Below are positions 48,101-63,100 of a stretch of DNA of 64,000 bases, piece by piece. A program made the position numbers and the translations under genes. The DNA comes from Cyanophora paradoxa CCMP329 (lineage: Eukaryota; Plantae; Glaucophyta). The stretch spans positions 480,321 through 544,320 of the forward strand of contig QPMI01000044.1 of NCBI GenBank assembly GCA_004431415.1. Direction: 5' to 3'. Position 1 is the stretch's first letter, and each line of letters starts with the position of its first letter. The notes beneath the pieces were generated by a model. That model had not been told where the DNA came from. It searched no databases and was given only the letters and a program-made list of their open reading frames with translations.

Positions 48101-51100
48101 AAGCCGGCGGGCGCGATTGCCGCCAGGTCGAACTTGAGCAGAGCGACGCCCAGCGGCAGCGAGCAGACTTTGAGGAGCGGCACGACAGAGGGTCCGCCGC
48201 TGTTCCGGAGCGCGGCAAAGGAAGAGAAGAAAGCAACCCCGCGCTGCCAGAATTGGAATAACTGAAGCAAAAGTCAGCGCAGAACGACACTGAGCATCGT
48301 GCAACAAAGCCTCACCCGCAACTCCTGCAAGAGGAGCGCGTCGAACGGTGTCAAGTCGGGATACGCCCGCCTGATGTCGCTCGCCGTCTCATTGCCCTCG
48401 AACGTTCGGCCGGACGGTTCGGCATCGTAGAAGTCCAGGCAGTTTGTGGCGCCTGCTCTCAGTCATAAGTAGTGTTCAAATGAACAGGAAATGTAAAACC
48501 CGGATTCAAAGGGAGCGCACCGTAGAAGAAGTGGCTTCCGAAGGCCACTGAAGACGAAGTCTCTGCGCCTGGAGTGGCCCACGCGAAGCCAAAGAGCTCG
48601 GGCTGGAGGCGGAAGTGGCGAGAGCGGTGCTCAGTGATGTTCGCATTGCTTCCCGTCGGCTGAGAATTAAACAAATGAGATTTCTCCGAACATGAACGCT
48701 TCGAAATCCATTACGCCTTACCGAAATGGAGAATAGGTTCATATTCCCAAGCATTCCAGCCCAGTTGTACCTGCATCGAATTAAGATGCAACACTTGAGC
48801 AGTGATTGAAAAACGCTGAGCACTCTTCCGTGGGGCTCGCGGAAGCAAGGCCCGAAACCTTCAGAGGGGCTCAGCGAATGTACGGACAGGCTCGATCGAC
48901 GCGATCAGCCGTATGAAATGCACGCACCGCTTCGTAGAAAGTTCGCTCGTAGGCGGCGTAGAAATGGCGGAAGTCGTGAGTCCACGCGGCGGCCGCGCTC
49001 ATGAAGTCGTAGGGTCTGGCGCCCGAGCACAGGCCCGCCGGCCAGCTCCGAATGGGCCCGTAGGGGGCCGGCGCGCAGCCGCCGAACGCGTAGGCCGCCC
49101 ACCGTTGTGCAGCATGCGAATAGCAGCCGAAGCCAGCGCAGTCGGAGGGAGGGCGCAAGACGGCCGCGACGGTCGAGCCGACGAGATCGCTTGCGTTCTT
49201 GTAGGCTTGAGACGTCCAGGGCCAGTTACTCTGCTAGCGGATAAGCGACTTGACAACCGGTTATAGCTCCTCTGATGAAATTTATGTCGTGCCTGGAATG
49301 CCGTGAGGTTTGCAGGGGCGAAGCGGGCATCGCAGTCCTTGGCCGGCCACTGAGATGCAAGATTACGCGAAATTCGAAATTCCTACCAAAGCGATGTCGT
49401 TACCGGAGTCATGGACGAATATGCGAAATCGGTGGGCTCGGCATCGCCCAGCATCTAATTATAAATCAAGGGAAAGGGATTAGAGCTACGACAGCACACA
49501 GCCTTAGAGACACTTCAAAGTTCGAGGGCACACATCGGCAAGCCGTTGAACGAAAGAGCAGCGGTTGCTGTCGAGATCGAAGTCGCAGTACGAGAATTCC
49601 GACGTGGTGCGCGTGATAAATCCGAGGCGGTGAGATGCGGGCCTCTGGCCAACGAGGTAGTTCGCAAGCGGAGCAGCGAACACGATTCGAACGCTCTCCT
49701 GCGGATCGACGGCGTTCCCTGCAAAAGATCTCACAAATTGTACTACTGCAGAGGCACTACGTCACACTCTGGCAGCACTGCGTACCAACGCGAGAAAAGG
49801 CGTTGCTCGCGCCCGTATTCCCCGAGGGAAGAAGCGCATTCTGTGCTGCGATGGAGTTGCCCTGAATGTAAATGCAGTCAGGACTTGTTGGAACTTGCAC
49901 GACTTGAAGAACTGTTGAGCACCGGGGGAACCGTGGCGTTGACGGCGGCTGACGGGGGGGACACCCCGCCACTGTGGCCTCGCGCTTTCACGGAGCAGGA
50001 AACGACGTACGATCCGCCGTACGAGAGCTCCACCGAGACGGACACAGCGGCGCCAGCCGCGTCCGCGTCGGTCACAGAAGCTGACCCCGCGTAGCCTCCC
50101 GTCGGGGCGCCCGGCGCGTCGCACGCCGCGTCGAGAGTGGCGATCCCACGCCAGCCGTGAAGTTTGCCGTTAGAAGAACCGTCATCGGGCCCGTGGAAAT
50201 CGCCGACAGGACGAGCGGTGCTGGGAGGACGCTGAGACACGAGATAAGATTTGCATCTCCAACGATTGTGGCCGCAGGAAGCTCGCCGGACGTCGTGAGC
50301 ACTGTTCGATTAATCTGAGTGGCTGTGAGACTTTGGGCAACGATCACACGGCCTGAAGTTTTGCGTATTCGCTTTCGAACCGGACAGTCAGAGAAAATGT
50401 ACTCGGCGATGAGGGGCGCTGGCCCGGCCAGCGGTGTGCTCGCGCTAGCGTACGCAAGACGGACTTGGCTCGCGGAGAGCTCCGAGCTGTAGACGCGGAA
50501 GGCTGCGCAAATGCACGCGTCACGGACACGAGCTGGAGCTTTCCCTGGTTGGCAAACGCACCGCCAATGGTTGCGTCCACAACATAAGGATCACCCTGCA
50601 TAATACTAAACACCACAATCGTTGAATTCGCTGAAGTCGCCTCACCTGGTTTAAAGAACGCCCAATGTACACCATTGGTCGCGGAATCGACTGCAGCTCT
50701 CGGACGGATCGCGTCGAAACCAGCAAACCGTTCTTGTACGCCTTCGCAGTGGACTGCCCGCCACTGGGGGCGCTGTACGTGACGACGAGGTGCGTCCAGC
50801 GCTGGAGCTTTACGGCGGATCGGATGCAAAGACGTCAGAAACACATTCGAAAGCTCTGAAGTAACGAATCAATCGGACCGGGACAAACGACGTCCCCATA
50901 GCGGCACGAAGTCCCTCTTCGTAGACCGAGCTCTGCTGGCTATTTTGAAGTAGCAAGTATCCGTCTTTGCCTTGGCACCCGCAGCCCGCGTTGGAGCACG
51001 GGCAGTTGAAAAACCACTGCAACATTGCAAGAATGTTAGCTGAGCGAATAAAGACGCAAAGCGAATTTGAAAGGCTAGAACTTAGGCGGACCACGGTATT

Positions 51101-54100
51101 GCTCAAGCCGGTCCCGTACTCCACCCAGCGGCTTGCGAAAGCCGGCATATCGTTTGGATAGATCCAAGACTGGAAGATAATGAGAGGAGGAATACAAAAC
51201 ACAGGAAACGAATGTAAATCACTTCGATGGAGAGAGGGTACACGAGAGTTCGGCTCGCGAAGAAGTCGCTCATGTCGAGATACCTCTGGGCCGCGGCCCT
51301 CCCGCTGTGCCGAAGCGCAGCCCTGGAGGCCGCGTGAATGGAAAGCGAACCGCGTTTGACATCGCGGCTGAAGGAACCTAGGCCGGCGGCCGGAGGGGGG
51401 CAGGCCATAGCGATATCGCCGACGAACTTGCCGGAAAGGCCCCGCCCGCTCGAGTCGGGCACGTCCTTGCCGGGCAGGGTGCCTTCGAGCTGTGCGCGTG
51501 CGTACGGAAGCAGAAATAAGCCGACATTGCCCGCACCCCGTGGAGCTCACCCAAAACCAAGCTCACCGTGCTCCCGCAGCTGTCCAGCTTGTAGTGCAGC
51601 ACGACGGGAGCAGCCGGCTGCCTGCCCATGAAGGCCTCCATGACTTGCTCGGCCGTCAGCGCCGCCGAGTGGATTCGGAATCCTGCCAGAGATCTAAGAT
51701 TTGAATGCGTCGAAAGAACACGAGTAGAAAAGCGCACCAGAGTAGTAAACGTCAGATGGCGACTGCGCTCCCCAATGGCTACGCCCGATGTACTGAAGGG
51801 CCCTGAAAGCTTATGGTGAGGGGCGAACGAGGATATCGAAAGGGTAGGAAAGAAAAGCGCGCGGATGAAAGTATACAAATTCGAGGAGAACAAAAGTTAA
51901 AGCGCACCTTTCCATGTTTGCAATCGAGGCTCCAGCGGCCCAGCCTGTCCCGTTTTCATATGCGGCAGAAGGCTGCCGTTGCGGTACGTGCGGAATTCCG
52001 CGTTCGTGAATACGAAAGTCAGGTGGTGCCACTGATTGTCTTTGGGGATGCTGTAGTCGTCTCGGAAAAACACAGTTTCGTAGTACGGGGGATTGGTTGG
52101 TTCTGGGTAAAGGTGGATCACTATGGCCAAGCCTGTTGCGCCTGCTTTGCTCTGCGAGCAGCGATCGCGACCTTTAGCTATAGAATGAGCGACAGATAGC
52201 AACGAGAAACACACATGGCACTGGGATATGCCTGTAAATCCTCCAGGCACACACCAGCCAATCGCCTGCAACCGCGTCAGGTTTCGACGACACAACTAAA
52301 AGTTACAGATTGAAATCTGGCGTACAATGTTATGGCAACCCGCGCCGCAGCCAAAATCTGATCATGATGGTTGAAATTAGACTACAGCTAGCGTAATATA
52401 GGCAATCGCGACGTGAAGCTTAAGATAGCTAGACAGAAGACAGCACCGATTATACTTTGCCAGTTGCTTATTGGGGCCTGCCTTGGAATTCGGACCCTGC
52501 GCAATCGTCTCGGCGATGTGCCAGAGAACAACTCGCGATCGGAATCGCACCATAGGTCGAGAGAAAATGGAGTACCCAGCGCGAATTTGGGAGCCTCAAT
52601 GTATCTGTGCTTCGAAGAGGGGCTGCCTCCAATTTCGCTCGTCCCGAAGTATGCACCTTCGCGGGATTCAGGGTCCTCCAAGCCATCATCCGCAGCGGTT
52701 AAGGGGGCACCGGCGGCGGGCACGGGGCACGGCACAGACGGGCCGAGGTCCCCGTACATCGTTCCCGGCCGTCCTTTGCCCGAGTAGTCCACCGCCTGAA
52801 ACAATCACGTGAGTGACGGCTCGACGATTGTCAGGGATGTCGCCAGTGGCGCCCGAGCGCACCGTGCCACCGCACGTGTCGAATTTATAGTGCAGCTCGA
52901 GAGGGGGCCGGTCCCAGGGCACGTTGCCTTGCGCCACGTCGGCGACCTGGGCCGCCGAGAGCGCCGCGGAGTACACCCGGAAGTCGGCGAGCTCGACGCC
53001 GTACGCGTACGGCCCCGAGCCGGCCGGCCAGCCGGCGCCGACGTAGTGAGTGGTCCGAGTCCGCTTGGGAACCGTGCCCGTCCCGGGCGTGAAGCTCGAA
53101 GCCCGTGCGCTAGGGCGGGGGACGCCGTCGAGGAACGCGTAGTACGCGTCGACAACCAGAACCAGCGCGACGTGGTGCCAGGAGCCGTCCGCTGGGATGC
53201 TGTGCTCCGCGAGGAACAGAGGCACGCGCTGCTTCAGCTGGGTCCCGTCGTACACCGTGAGCAGAAGGGTCTCGTAGCCCGCCCTCCTGTGAGGCTGCGC
53301 ACGATATCAGTCTACTTGCATGTGCACATGCAAGTTTGACCATGGATCGCTTTCAATATTAATATGCAGGCAGGCTAGAGGACTAATAGAACAATCATTA
53401 AATGGCGTGTTCGGTGGGTAGAAAACAATGCGCATGCGAGTTCGCACCTCGCAGTCCACATCGGAAGGGACTGCACCCGGGGGACCGCAGAAGCTCAGAA
53501 TCTTCCGCCGCGCACAGTGTCAGACAACAATCCCAGCAAATTTAAAGCGCGATCGGGCACATACGATGTTGTCCGATCCAACTCCGCTGCCGAAATCAAA
53601 GAGGCGCGAGAGAGTATTTGGGTTTGCCTGGCTCATGTTGATGCGAAGCCTGTGTGCACGCGAAGCCAGTTAATTGGTGTCATTGCTAAGACGTCCATAA
53701 AAACAAAACTTAAACGCGTTAACCAGAACGCAATCGTCAACGGCGCGCCCAGCTCAATCGAAGGTGTTATCAGGAAGCGCTCGGTTTGTTCGATCGAGCT
53801 GCTTGGCAAGACCTTGGTTCCAAAGACCAACGCTGAGGCACATGTTAGAAGCGCTGACTTTAAAATTTTGAGCAAGCGCGGATAGCAAATGCTCAAGAGC
53901 CCACATGTGGAAGGAAGCTCAGGTTTGAACTGACCAGTCCGCCAAAGCAAGTCAATTCAGAAACCGAAGAAAACGTACGGTATGAACATTTAAGCACCGG
54001 AAGAACCGTGGCGTTGATGGCAGTGGACGGCAGGGATACCCCTGTGCGGCCCCGTGCTTTCACGGAGCAGGAGACGACGTACGATTCGCCGCGGAGCTCC

Positions 54101-57100
54101 AGTGAGACAGACACATCGGCACCAGCCGCGTCCGCGTCAGTCACGGAAGCTGACCCCACGTAGCCTCCCGTCGGGGCGCCCGGCGCGCCGCAAGCCGCGT
54201 TGAGTGTATCGATCCCCACGCCAGCCGTGAAGTTTGCCGTCAGAAGTACCATCATTGGGCCCGTGGAAATCGCCGACAGGACGAGCGGTGCTGGGAAGCT
54301 GATGGGCCCAGGTTTGGGTTTAGCATCCGAACACGGCGCGGTTACGTCTGCATCTCCGACGAGCTTGGCTGCAGGGAGCTCGCCGGTCGTGGTGAGCACA
54401 TTTCGATTTATCTGAGCGGTGGTGAGACTTAGCGCATTGTTCATATAGCCTCATTCTTTGCAAATTTGGGATCGAACCGGACAGTCGGAGAACATGTACT
54501 CGACGATGAGGGCGCCGGTCCAGCCAGCGGGGCGCTCGCGCTAGCGTACGCGAGACGGACTTGGCTTGCGGAGAGCTCCGAGCTGTACACGCGGAAAGCT
54601 GCGCAAATGTACTTGTCATGGGTGAAAGGGAAGTCTGCATATTAAAGTTTTGATTGCAGTAATCACCACCGATCGTAGAGTCTACAACAAATGGATCATT
54701 CTGTGTAAAAACGGATTTTGTCAGTTCATTCAAAATGAAACACGCTGCAAACGGGGTTACGGATGGCCTTTGAGGGCCTACCGGAAATACAGAGCGCCCG
54801 ATGTAGGCTATTGATCCCTGCATCGAATTCAAAGCCACTGCGGAGCCCGTAGCGACGAGTAAGCCGTTCTTGTACGCTCGTGCAGTGGAACGCCCGCCGC
54901 TCGGTGCGCTGTACGTGACAACGAGGTGTGTCCAGCGTCGGAGCTGCCCGACCACACATCGTCAAAGGAGCACATTGTAGGTGTATGAGAATCCAGTGGA
55001 AGAGGAAATTTTCTCACCGGGATGTATGAAGTTCCAGTAGCGGCGGAAAAACTCTGTTCGAAGGCAGAATTCTGCATGGTATTGTGTTTCAGGGCATATC
55101 CGTCTCGGCCTGGACATCCGCAGTCGTAGTAGCACGGGCAATGGTAGTAGTACTGCAGCAGTTCAAGAATTCAGCGTTTATGTGTATATATGCGCTGCGA
55201 AGGGGGGAAAGGCCAGCGGACCACGGAGTTGCTTGTGCTGGTTCCTATGTCCCACCAGCGGGTCGCCCAATCCGGCATAGCGTTCGGATAGATCCAAGAC
55301 TACAGAAGGGTTAAAACTAAAGAAACAATTCAACACAAAATGAGTGCGGCTCACTTCAAAGGAGAGAGGGTACACGAGAGTTCGGCTCGCGAAGAAGTCG
55401 CTCATGTCTAAATACCTCTGGGCAGCGGCCCCTCCAGCCGTGCCGAAACGAAGCCCTGGAGGCCGCGTGAATGGAAAGCGAATCGCGTTTGGTCGACATC
55501 GGGGCTGAAGGAACCTAGGCCGGCGGCCGGAGGGGGGCAGGCCATAACGATGTCGCCCACAAGCTTGCCAGAGCGGCCCCGCCCGCTCGAGTCGGGCACG
55601 TCCTTGCCGGACAGGGCGCCTTCGAGCTGCGCCGGGAAGCAAAAATCAGCCGAGCACCCCAGCAAGCTCGCCCAAGCTACGCTCACCGTGCTGCCGCAGC
55701 TGTCCAACTTGTAGTGCAGCTCGACGGGCACAGCTGGCTGCCTGCCCATGAAGGATTCCATGACTTGGGCGGCCGTCAGCGCCGCGGAGTGGATTCGGAA
55801 CCCTGCCAGCGTTCGGTTTTCACGTGGCGTCAAGGACGCGACGAAAGTTTGCGAATGCACCAGAGTAAAAAATGTCGACGGGCTACCCGGAGCCATCCAC
55901 ACACTGCGTCCTATGCGCAGGATGGACCTGCCAACATTCGAAATCGAGGCACCAGCTCCGGCCTGTCCGGTCTTCAAGTGCGGAACCTGGCTCCCGTTTC
56001 GATAGGTGCGGATCTCGGATGCGGTGAAAACAAGAGCCAGGTGATGCCAGCAGTTGTCTTTAGGGATGCTGTAGTCGTCTCTAAACGCAATTGTCTCGTA
56101 GTAGATCGAAGAAGTATAGAGATTTATCATCAATGCCATTCCTGTAACGCCGGATTTACTCTGCAAAATTCGGCGGACTCATGATCAGAGCCAGACAGCT
56201 TGTGGAAGGCAATTACGCCTGCGCATGCGCACGTGGCAATTGTCGTAGTACCCCGCCCCTCCAGGCGGACAAAAGGTCACTATCTACATCAGCATAAGAT
56301 TCCTTGACGAGCGTGCGCATTATATATATTGACGAACAATGTTATGGCCAGTGCCCGACGGGTTTCCAATGTCTGACGGGTAAAGCCCGAAGTGTAATTA
56401 ACTAGACAATTGACTGCAATGCATTGAAAAAGCACCTATGATTTGGTCCCAGCTTCCAAAAGGGGCTTGCCGTGGAATTTTGACCCTGCGTGATCATTGT
56501 GATGATGAGCTAGTGAGCATATGCACGAGCACACCACAAAATCGCACCACAGGTCCAGACTAAAAGGAGTGCCCATCGGAAGCCTGGAGCCTCGATGTAT
56601 CTTCCGTTACCCATATCGCTTGTCCCAAAGTAAACCCTTGCCAGAGTTCAGGACTATAGAAGCCCGAGAGCAAGGCGAGTGAGGTGTATAGTACCTGCAG
56701 CTGGCACGGGGCACTGCACAGACGGTCCGAGGTCCCCGTACATCGTTCCCGGCGTCCTTTGCCCGAGTAGTCCACCGCCTGAAACAATCACGTGAGTGAC
56801 GGCTCGACGATTGTCAGGGATGTCGCCAGTGGCGCCCGAGCGCACCGTGCCTCCGCACGTGTCGAACTTGTAGTGCAACTCGAGAGGGGGCCGGTCCGGG
56901 GCACGTTGCCTTGCGCCACGTCGGCAACCTGGGCCGCCGAGAGCGCAACGGAATACACCCGGAAGTCGGCGAGCTCGACGCCGTACGCGTACGGCCCGAG
57001 CCGGCGGCCAGCCGGCGCCGACGTAGTGCACGGTCCGAGTCCGCTTGGGAACGTGCCCGTCCCGGGCGTGAAGCTCGAAGCCCGTGCGCTGGGGCGGGGA

Positions 57101-60100
57101 CGCCGTCGAGGAACGTGTAGTACGCGTCCGGGGTCAGAACCAGCGCGACGTGGTGCCAGGAGCCGTCCGCGGGATGCTGTGCTCCGCGAGGAAGAGAGGC
57201 ACGCGCTGCTTCAGCTGGGTCCCGTCGTACATCGAGAGCAGAAGGGTCTCGTAGCCTGCGTTCCTGTGCGGCTGCGCACGATATCAGTCCACATGCAAGT
57301 TTGACCATGGATCGCTTTCAATATTAATATGCAGGCAGGCTAGAGGACTAATAGTACAATCATTACATGGCGTCTCCGGTCGGTAGAAAACAATGCAAGT
57401 TCGCACCTCGCAGTCCGCATCGGAAGGGACTGCACCCGGAGGACCGCAGAAGCTCAGAATCTGCCGCCGCAGCCATCGTCAGACAGCCATTGCAGCTAGC
57501 GCAATAGGGGACGTACGATGTTGTCCAATCCAACTCCGCTGCCAAAATCAACGAGACGCAAGAGCGCGTTCGGATTCGCTTGACTTCTGCTGATGCGTAG
57601 CCTGCGCGCACAAGAATCCATTGATGATTTTATTGCAAAATTGCCAGTAAATAGTGAAACGCTTGAACCAGAACGCAATCGTCAACGGCGCGCCAAGCTC
57701 AAACGACGGCGACACAAGGAACCGCTCAGTCTGGTCTACTGTGCTGCTTGGCAGAACCTTGGTTCCAAAGACCAGGGCTGCCGCTCACGTCGGCGGACTG
57801 AAGGTGCCGCGCAAAAGCGGACGGGAAATTGCAAAGCGCCCAGAAGCGCACATGTCGAAGGAGGCGCGAGATTTAACTGGCACTGCCCGCCGACTTGAGT
57901 TGCATCTCCGACAATCGATCCGAACTCCATTCGCTGACAGGTCTTCGGCCTGTCCAGAACTCAGATGCGCAGGGATAGAAACCTGCACACCGGCCGCGTA
58001 CCGTCTGGTTGCAGCCGTCGAACGCGTAGCGGAGTTGGAGCGTCGCGTCGTCGGCTAGCCGCCATGGAACACGTCGACTGCCTGCGATGCGGACAGAGCG
58101 CTACTGTACACCCGGAAGTCTGCGAGGAGCCCGTGACGCGGGGCGGGGCGACAGCAACGAAGGATGACGAACCGGAGAGGTATCCGTCGGCGAGGCCCGA
58201 TTCGCCCTGCTGGCCTCTGGAAATGTAGTGCTTCTCGCGCGCAACTTGCGGGATGGACCCAGCGCCGCCCGCGAGCCCATTGCCAGTCTTGGAGTGAGGC
58301 CGAACGGAACCATTTCTACAAAGCGCAGATAACTATCAGCGCACAGCAGCATACAAACAGTGGGAATTGATTACAGGTAGGTGAGCGTTTCAGAAGCAGT
58401 GAAGACCAGAGTGACGTGAGAGTATTCTCCAATCTACAGGGTGCGAAAGCTCAGCGTGGAGCTCTGGCCGGAGAAACACCATGAAGGCTCTCTACCGGAA
58501 TGGCGTTGTCGCCTCCGAACGCCTCGAGATGGACGACGGCGGTGCTGCCGCTGTGAGCGAGCACAATTAGGCTCAATGCACCGTCCTTGCCTGCCCGCAC
58601 GATCTCATTAGCAGGATATTCTCCAATCGGCTGCAAGGACACGAAGCCATCGCACCGAGCCTGTGATCTGCGCGTTGGAGATGGTCCGATCGGACACGAC
58701 GGCGCCTTGGGCAGGAACCCGACGACAATGCTGTCCAGGCCAGACCCGCCGGCGCTTTCGAAATCCAAGATACGCCTGCGGAAATGCATTCGAATTCAGA
58801 TTCAGGTAGTCGGTAATCTTTGCATAATCGCTATTCGATGTTGATGGAAGCACGCACGCCCATGCGGTCTGAGACTTGCGGGGATTGATCCAGAAGAGAC
58901 GCTGAAGGGAGAGCCAAGCGTGAACGTCGGGACGGCAACGTAGCCTTTCCACCCGCTTCCCCAGAAGAAGACCGAAGAAGCTGTCCGGAAATCTGAGCTT
59001 TTAACACAAGCGTCACGGGCGGGCACAAGATTGCGAACCAGGCGCTTGACAGCTGCGCGGTAAAGAGACGTCGCCGTAGAGCTGTGCATGTCGCTTCCAG
59101 CCGCTTGAATCCAGCGCCTGTATATAACGAGCGATTAACAACAACACATGATTAGTATCAATTTGCTTAAATCGTGCACCACAGTGCCGCAGCCGTCAAA
59201 CGCCAGCCGCTGCTCGAGTGGCGCGGCGGTCGCACTTCCCGCGAGGACGTCCGCAACTTGGGCTTGCGCCAGGGCCGCGGAATAGATCCTGAAATCTGCA
59301 GCGGCGCTGAGTAACAAGATGTGTCGCATTGATTAGATAATTCGCAGCAAACCAGAGAGGCAGATGCTACGGCGCCCGTCTCGCCCCAGAGTCGCGAGCG
59401 ATCCAGTGCTTCGAACGCTGCAATTTCGGCCACAAAGCGGCTGCACCTGCGACGCTCGTTCCTGTTTTCGAGTGGGGACGCAGCGTTCCGTTCAGGTACG
59501 TCGTAATCGCATCATCCGCGATCGTAATAGTGACGTGATGCCACGCCCATCGACGGGGACTCCGTTGTCGCCTTCAGATAAAAGAACGGAACACATGCAC
59601 ATGAGCAACGGGAATTGAATTTAAGATGGCTGCGGCGCATGAGCGTACCCTGAAACAAAACATAGAAACTGTTACGATTTCCCCTGTGTAAAGGTTCATA
59701 AAAGGCTAGTCTTTCCTGCGGACGCCTGGCAGGCAAGCAAAGGTTACGAAAGCAGCAAGACTTTAATTTCGAGAAGCAAATATTAAGAAACGCCGGACCG
59801 AGCAAATTTGAGTGGTTCCTGTAGTTCCGTCTGTGAAAGAGCCGCCATCGGGACAATACGTCACAACGAATTGTCTGCCCGTTAACGTAAACAGCATGCA
59901 TCGATAACATTCAATTGGCACATAAAATAGACAATTAACCGTTTACCTTGCGGAGCTCCGGAGCCAAAGTCTACGATGCGTGTCCACATGACTGGCGGCC
60001 GCTGCAGCATAATCTGCACCGAGAACAGCTTCAGCGCCGCTCCCACCTAGGACTCGCGCGCGAGGCGCAATCACCAGAAGCTGAGGGTGAGTGGCGTGCC

Positions 60101-63100
60101 GAGCGTGAACGTTGCAGAGTCGATGTAGTCGTTCGTGGTCAACGTTCCACTCTGGCCAAAGTACACGCCTGTGTCAGAACTCGCGGCGGTCGTGACTGCC
60201 GTTCGACCTGGAAGACGATCGAAACGCGGATCTGATGTGAACACAGACCGACAAAGTACGCACTCGCGTTGTCAGCGGGCGGGACGCAGTCCGACAGAAT
60301 GGCGACGTCTCCCACAAGGCTCGCATGCCTCTCCCGGCCGCTAGTGTCCTCTGCCTGTTGAAGTGCAAGTTTCGCGCGGGCAGAAATGGATGCAAAGTCA
60401 AATTTAATTTGGTATCCAAGTACGTCGTTCCGCAGCCTGAGAAAGGCAGAAACAGCTGGACAGATGGGATGGACCTGGGTTGAGGGTCGTCTTGGTAGAG
60501 CAGCTGCACTTGCGTCGCAGTCAGAGCCTCGCTCCAAACACCGAAATCTGTCCACGTTTCAGCAGAGCGCGCGCACGTGCAAACCTCGAGATTAGAAAGC
60601 AGGATGTGTTACAGACCAGACATGTACATGTCTCGAGTGTCGAGCACCTTCACTTCCCAGCCGACGTCGACCCGAGCCAGTGGAGCGGCCGCGTAATGGT
60701 CGGAATGGACGCGGCGCGGCGGGGAGGGTCGTTCCCGTCTTTGTGTGCGGCGTCGCCTGCCCGTCGAAGTAGACGGTGATGAGGGAGTCGGTCACAACGA
60801 GGGCGACGTGGCACGACCGTCGACGGGATCGCGTTCGCCCCCGTGAACATCCGCAGCCGCACGACCAAGTGGAGTCCACCGCAGCGCCAGGCCCATGGCG
60901 TCGTTCCAGCGGGGCCTGCGGCGGCGCCGGCTTGATAAGTGGACGATGCCGCCGCGCATATGCCGCAAGCAGGACGGACATCGCAAGGAATATTGACAAA
61001 TTCTGCGTTTCATCGTAGTCCAAGCCGCCGGAGTGCAGAAATACCTAATGAAGAACTCAGCTAGACGACTAAACTTATTTAGTTTGCCTATTCAAGCACG
61101 GCGGATGACCAGTTAAGATTGTTGAAGACGATCTCATTCGCTGGAGGTGCGCCGTAGAATCAAAGAGGCGTTCATATGTCCTCGGAGTTTGCACCAACCG
61201 AATCCTGCGGTGCGCCGGTGCGCGTTAGCAAAGCGGCGCGTCCCGCGCAGCTCTGCAAAGACGCGCCAGGCGGCGACGGTGAAGGGGTGCCGAGCGCGAA
61301 GGGCGGGACCTCACGCGGCGCCGGAGGTCGAGGGAGGAGCCGAAGTAACCCTGAGGGATCCACTATCAGCCTTCAAAACAAGGCGATAATGCAGTCACGG
61401 CGCACCGGTGCGAGGGCTGCCGCACGCCTCGGAGTAACGACGTCGCCGACGGCGGTGCCGTGGCGGCCACGCCCGGACTCGTCGACCACCTGCCACCGTG
61501 CTCTCAAGACGCCTCGCGGCGGAGCAAACGGGCGCGGCTCGGATGCCCGACGCGAGCCACAGCACCTTGCGCGGCATCGCTGAAGGTGTAGACAGCTCGA
61601 GCGCCGCCGAAGGCGCGCTGCCCACATAGCGGTAGTCGGCGAGCACCTCCGAAGCGGTCAACGCTTGGAGAAGACGCGGAAATCTGCGGCGGCGAGAGTG
61701 CAGAATCAGAGCAGCGTGGGTTTGAATAAATTTCAGAGAAGAGTGCAGACCGGCCAAGTAAGTGTTGACCGGTACAACGCAGTGTTCACGTTGTCTTCCC
61801 GATTGAGAAGGTGCCCGCCAGACTCGCAATCGCACTCCGGGGAAAACCGTCGTCGTCGAGACCAATGTGCCATTGAAGTAGAAGGATGTAATCGATGCCG
61901 TGACGACAACCTGGACTCTTGCATCAGCTCATTGCATTCGGGCCGGCGCCAGCGATCTTCTAACGACATCGATCAGCGCTTACCGCGCAGTGATGATAGT
62001 TTTCGTCCACCTGCGAGCAGCCCACTCAGATTAAAAGATTTTCTGAAGTGCATATTCAAGCTTTTAGGATTCATGTCTGTGGTGTACGAACCGGAATGCC
62101 GCCGACTCCCCGAAAACGTCGAATTGGTGGTTGGATGGGGTAGGGGTGTACACGTGCAGTCGAACGCCGACTCTGCCGAGGCGGCCTGCATCGGAGTCTA
62201 TCAAACCCAGCACCCACCGCACGCCGCTTTCTTTAAAACGCTACGGAGCACGAGCCATCGACGTCGCATAGGTTTATGGCGAATCCATTTGTAGAGGGCG
62301 ACCCAAAGTCGATCAAGCTGTTGGACGCGGTCAAAGCCATTCTATTGGCGCTCTCAGAGATATCGATGTTATATTTTACCGAGTCCTTGTTGATTCGTTC
62401 GCTGCCGAGTCGATATCCAGAACGGAAGTCTACGTGAAGTTCATGATCAGACTCTACACGGCCACGCGAGAGGGGCGGACCTGGGGCGCCCAGCGCGAAG
62501 GTAGGAGCGAGACGTATCGCGAGGTTGCCGTGATGCTGCCGCCTGTGTGCTGTTCCGAAGTACACTCTGCGCAAAGCGAGCTCGCCAGGACACCAAGCGC
62601 CGCAAGCTATAGAACCGGCAGCCGTGGCGCCCTGCTTTGAGCCGGGCAGTCTCGAAAGGGTGCAAGTCTCCATACACCGTCGCGTGCCGCTTGTACGGCG
62701 ATTCGTCGAGTATCTGCCGCGGTCTCGCTCCTTAAGGGAGGGGCGCTGGAGAGAAGCATATGTACGCCGGCGGCATCATGTCTGCACCTGGCCGCGGCAG
62801 CCCTTCATCGAGTAGGAGAGCCTCGATCGGGGCGGCGGGACGATCCGTTGTAGCGGCGGCCGCCTCTGCGCAGACAGCGCACGGAGTTAGATTGCGAAGT
62901 CTGCGGGGCCGCGGGCGTCAGGCGCGCACGGCACCGGTGCGCCGGATGAGCGCACCGCGAGCCGCAAGAAACAAGGTACGGGTCGGAACCGATGGCTCTC
63001 CCGATATACATAAAAGCGCGGGTCCTGCTTGGGATTTGGCCGCACATGTATCCGGCACTATACACCCGTGAGAGCGGTCCCGTTCACTGCGAACCCGGGC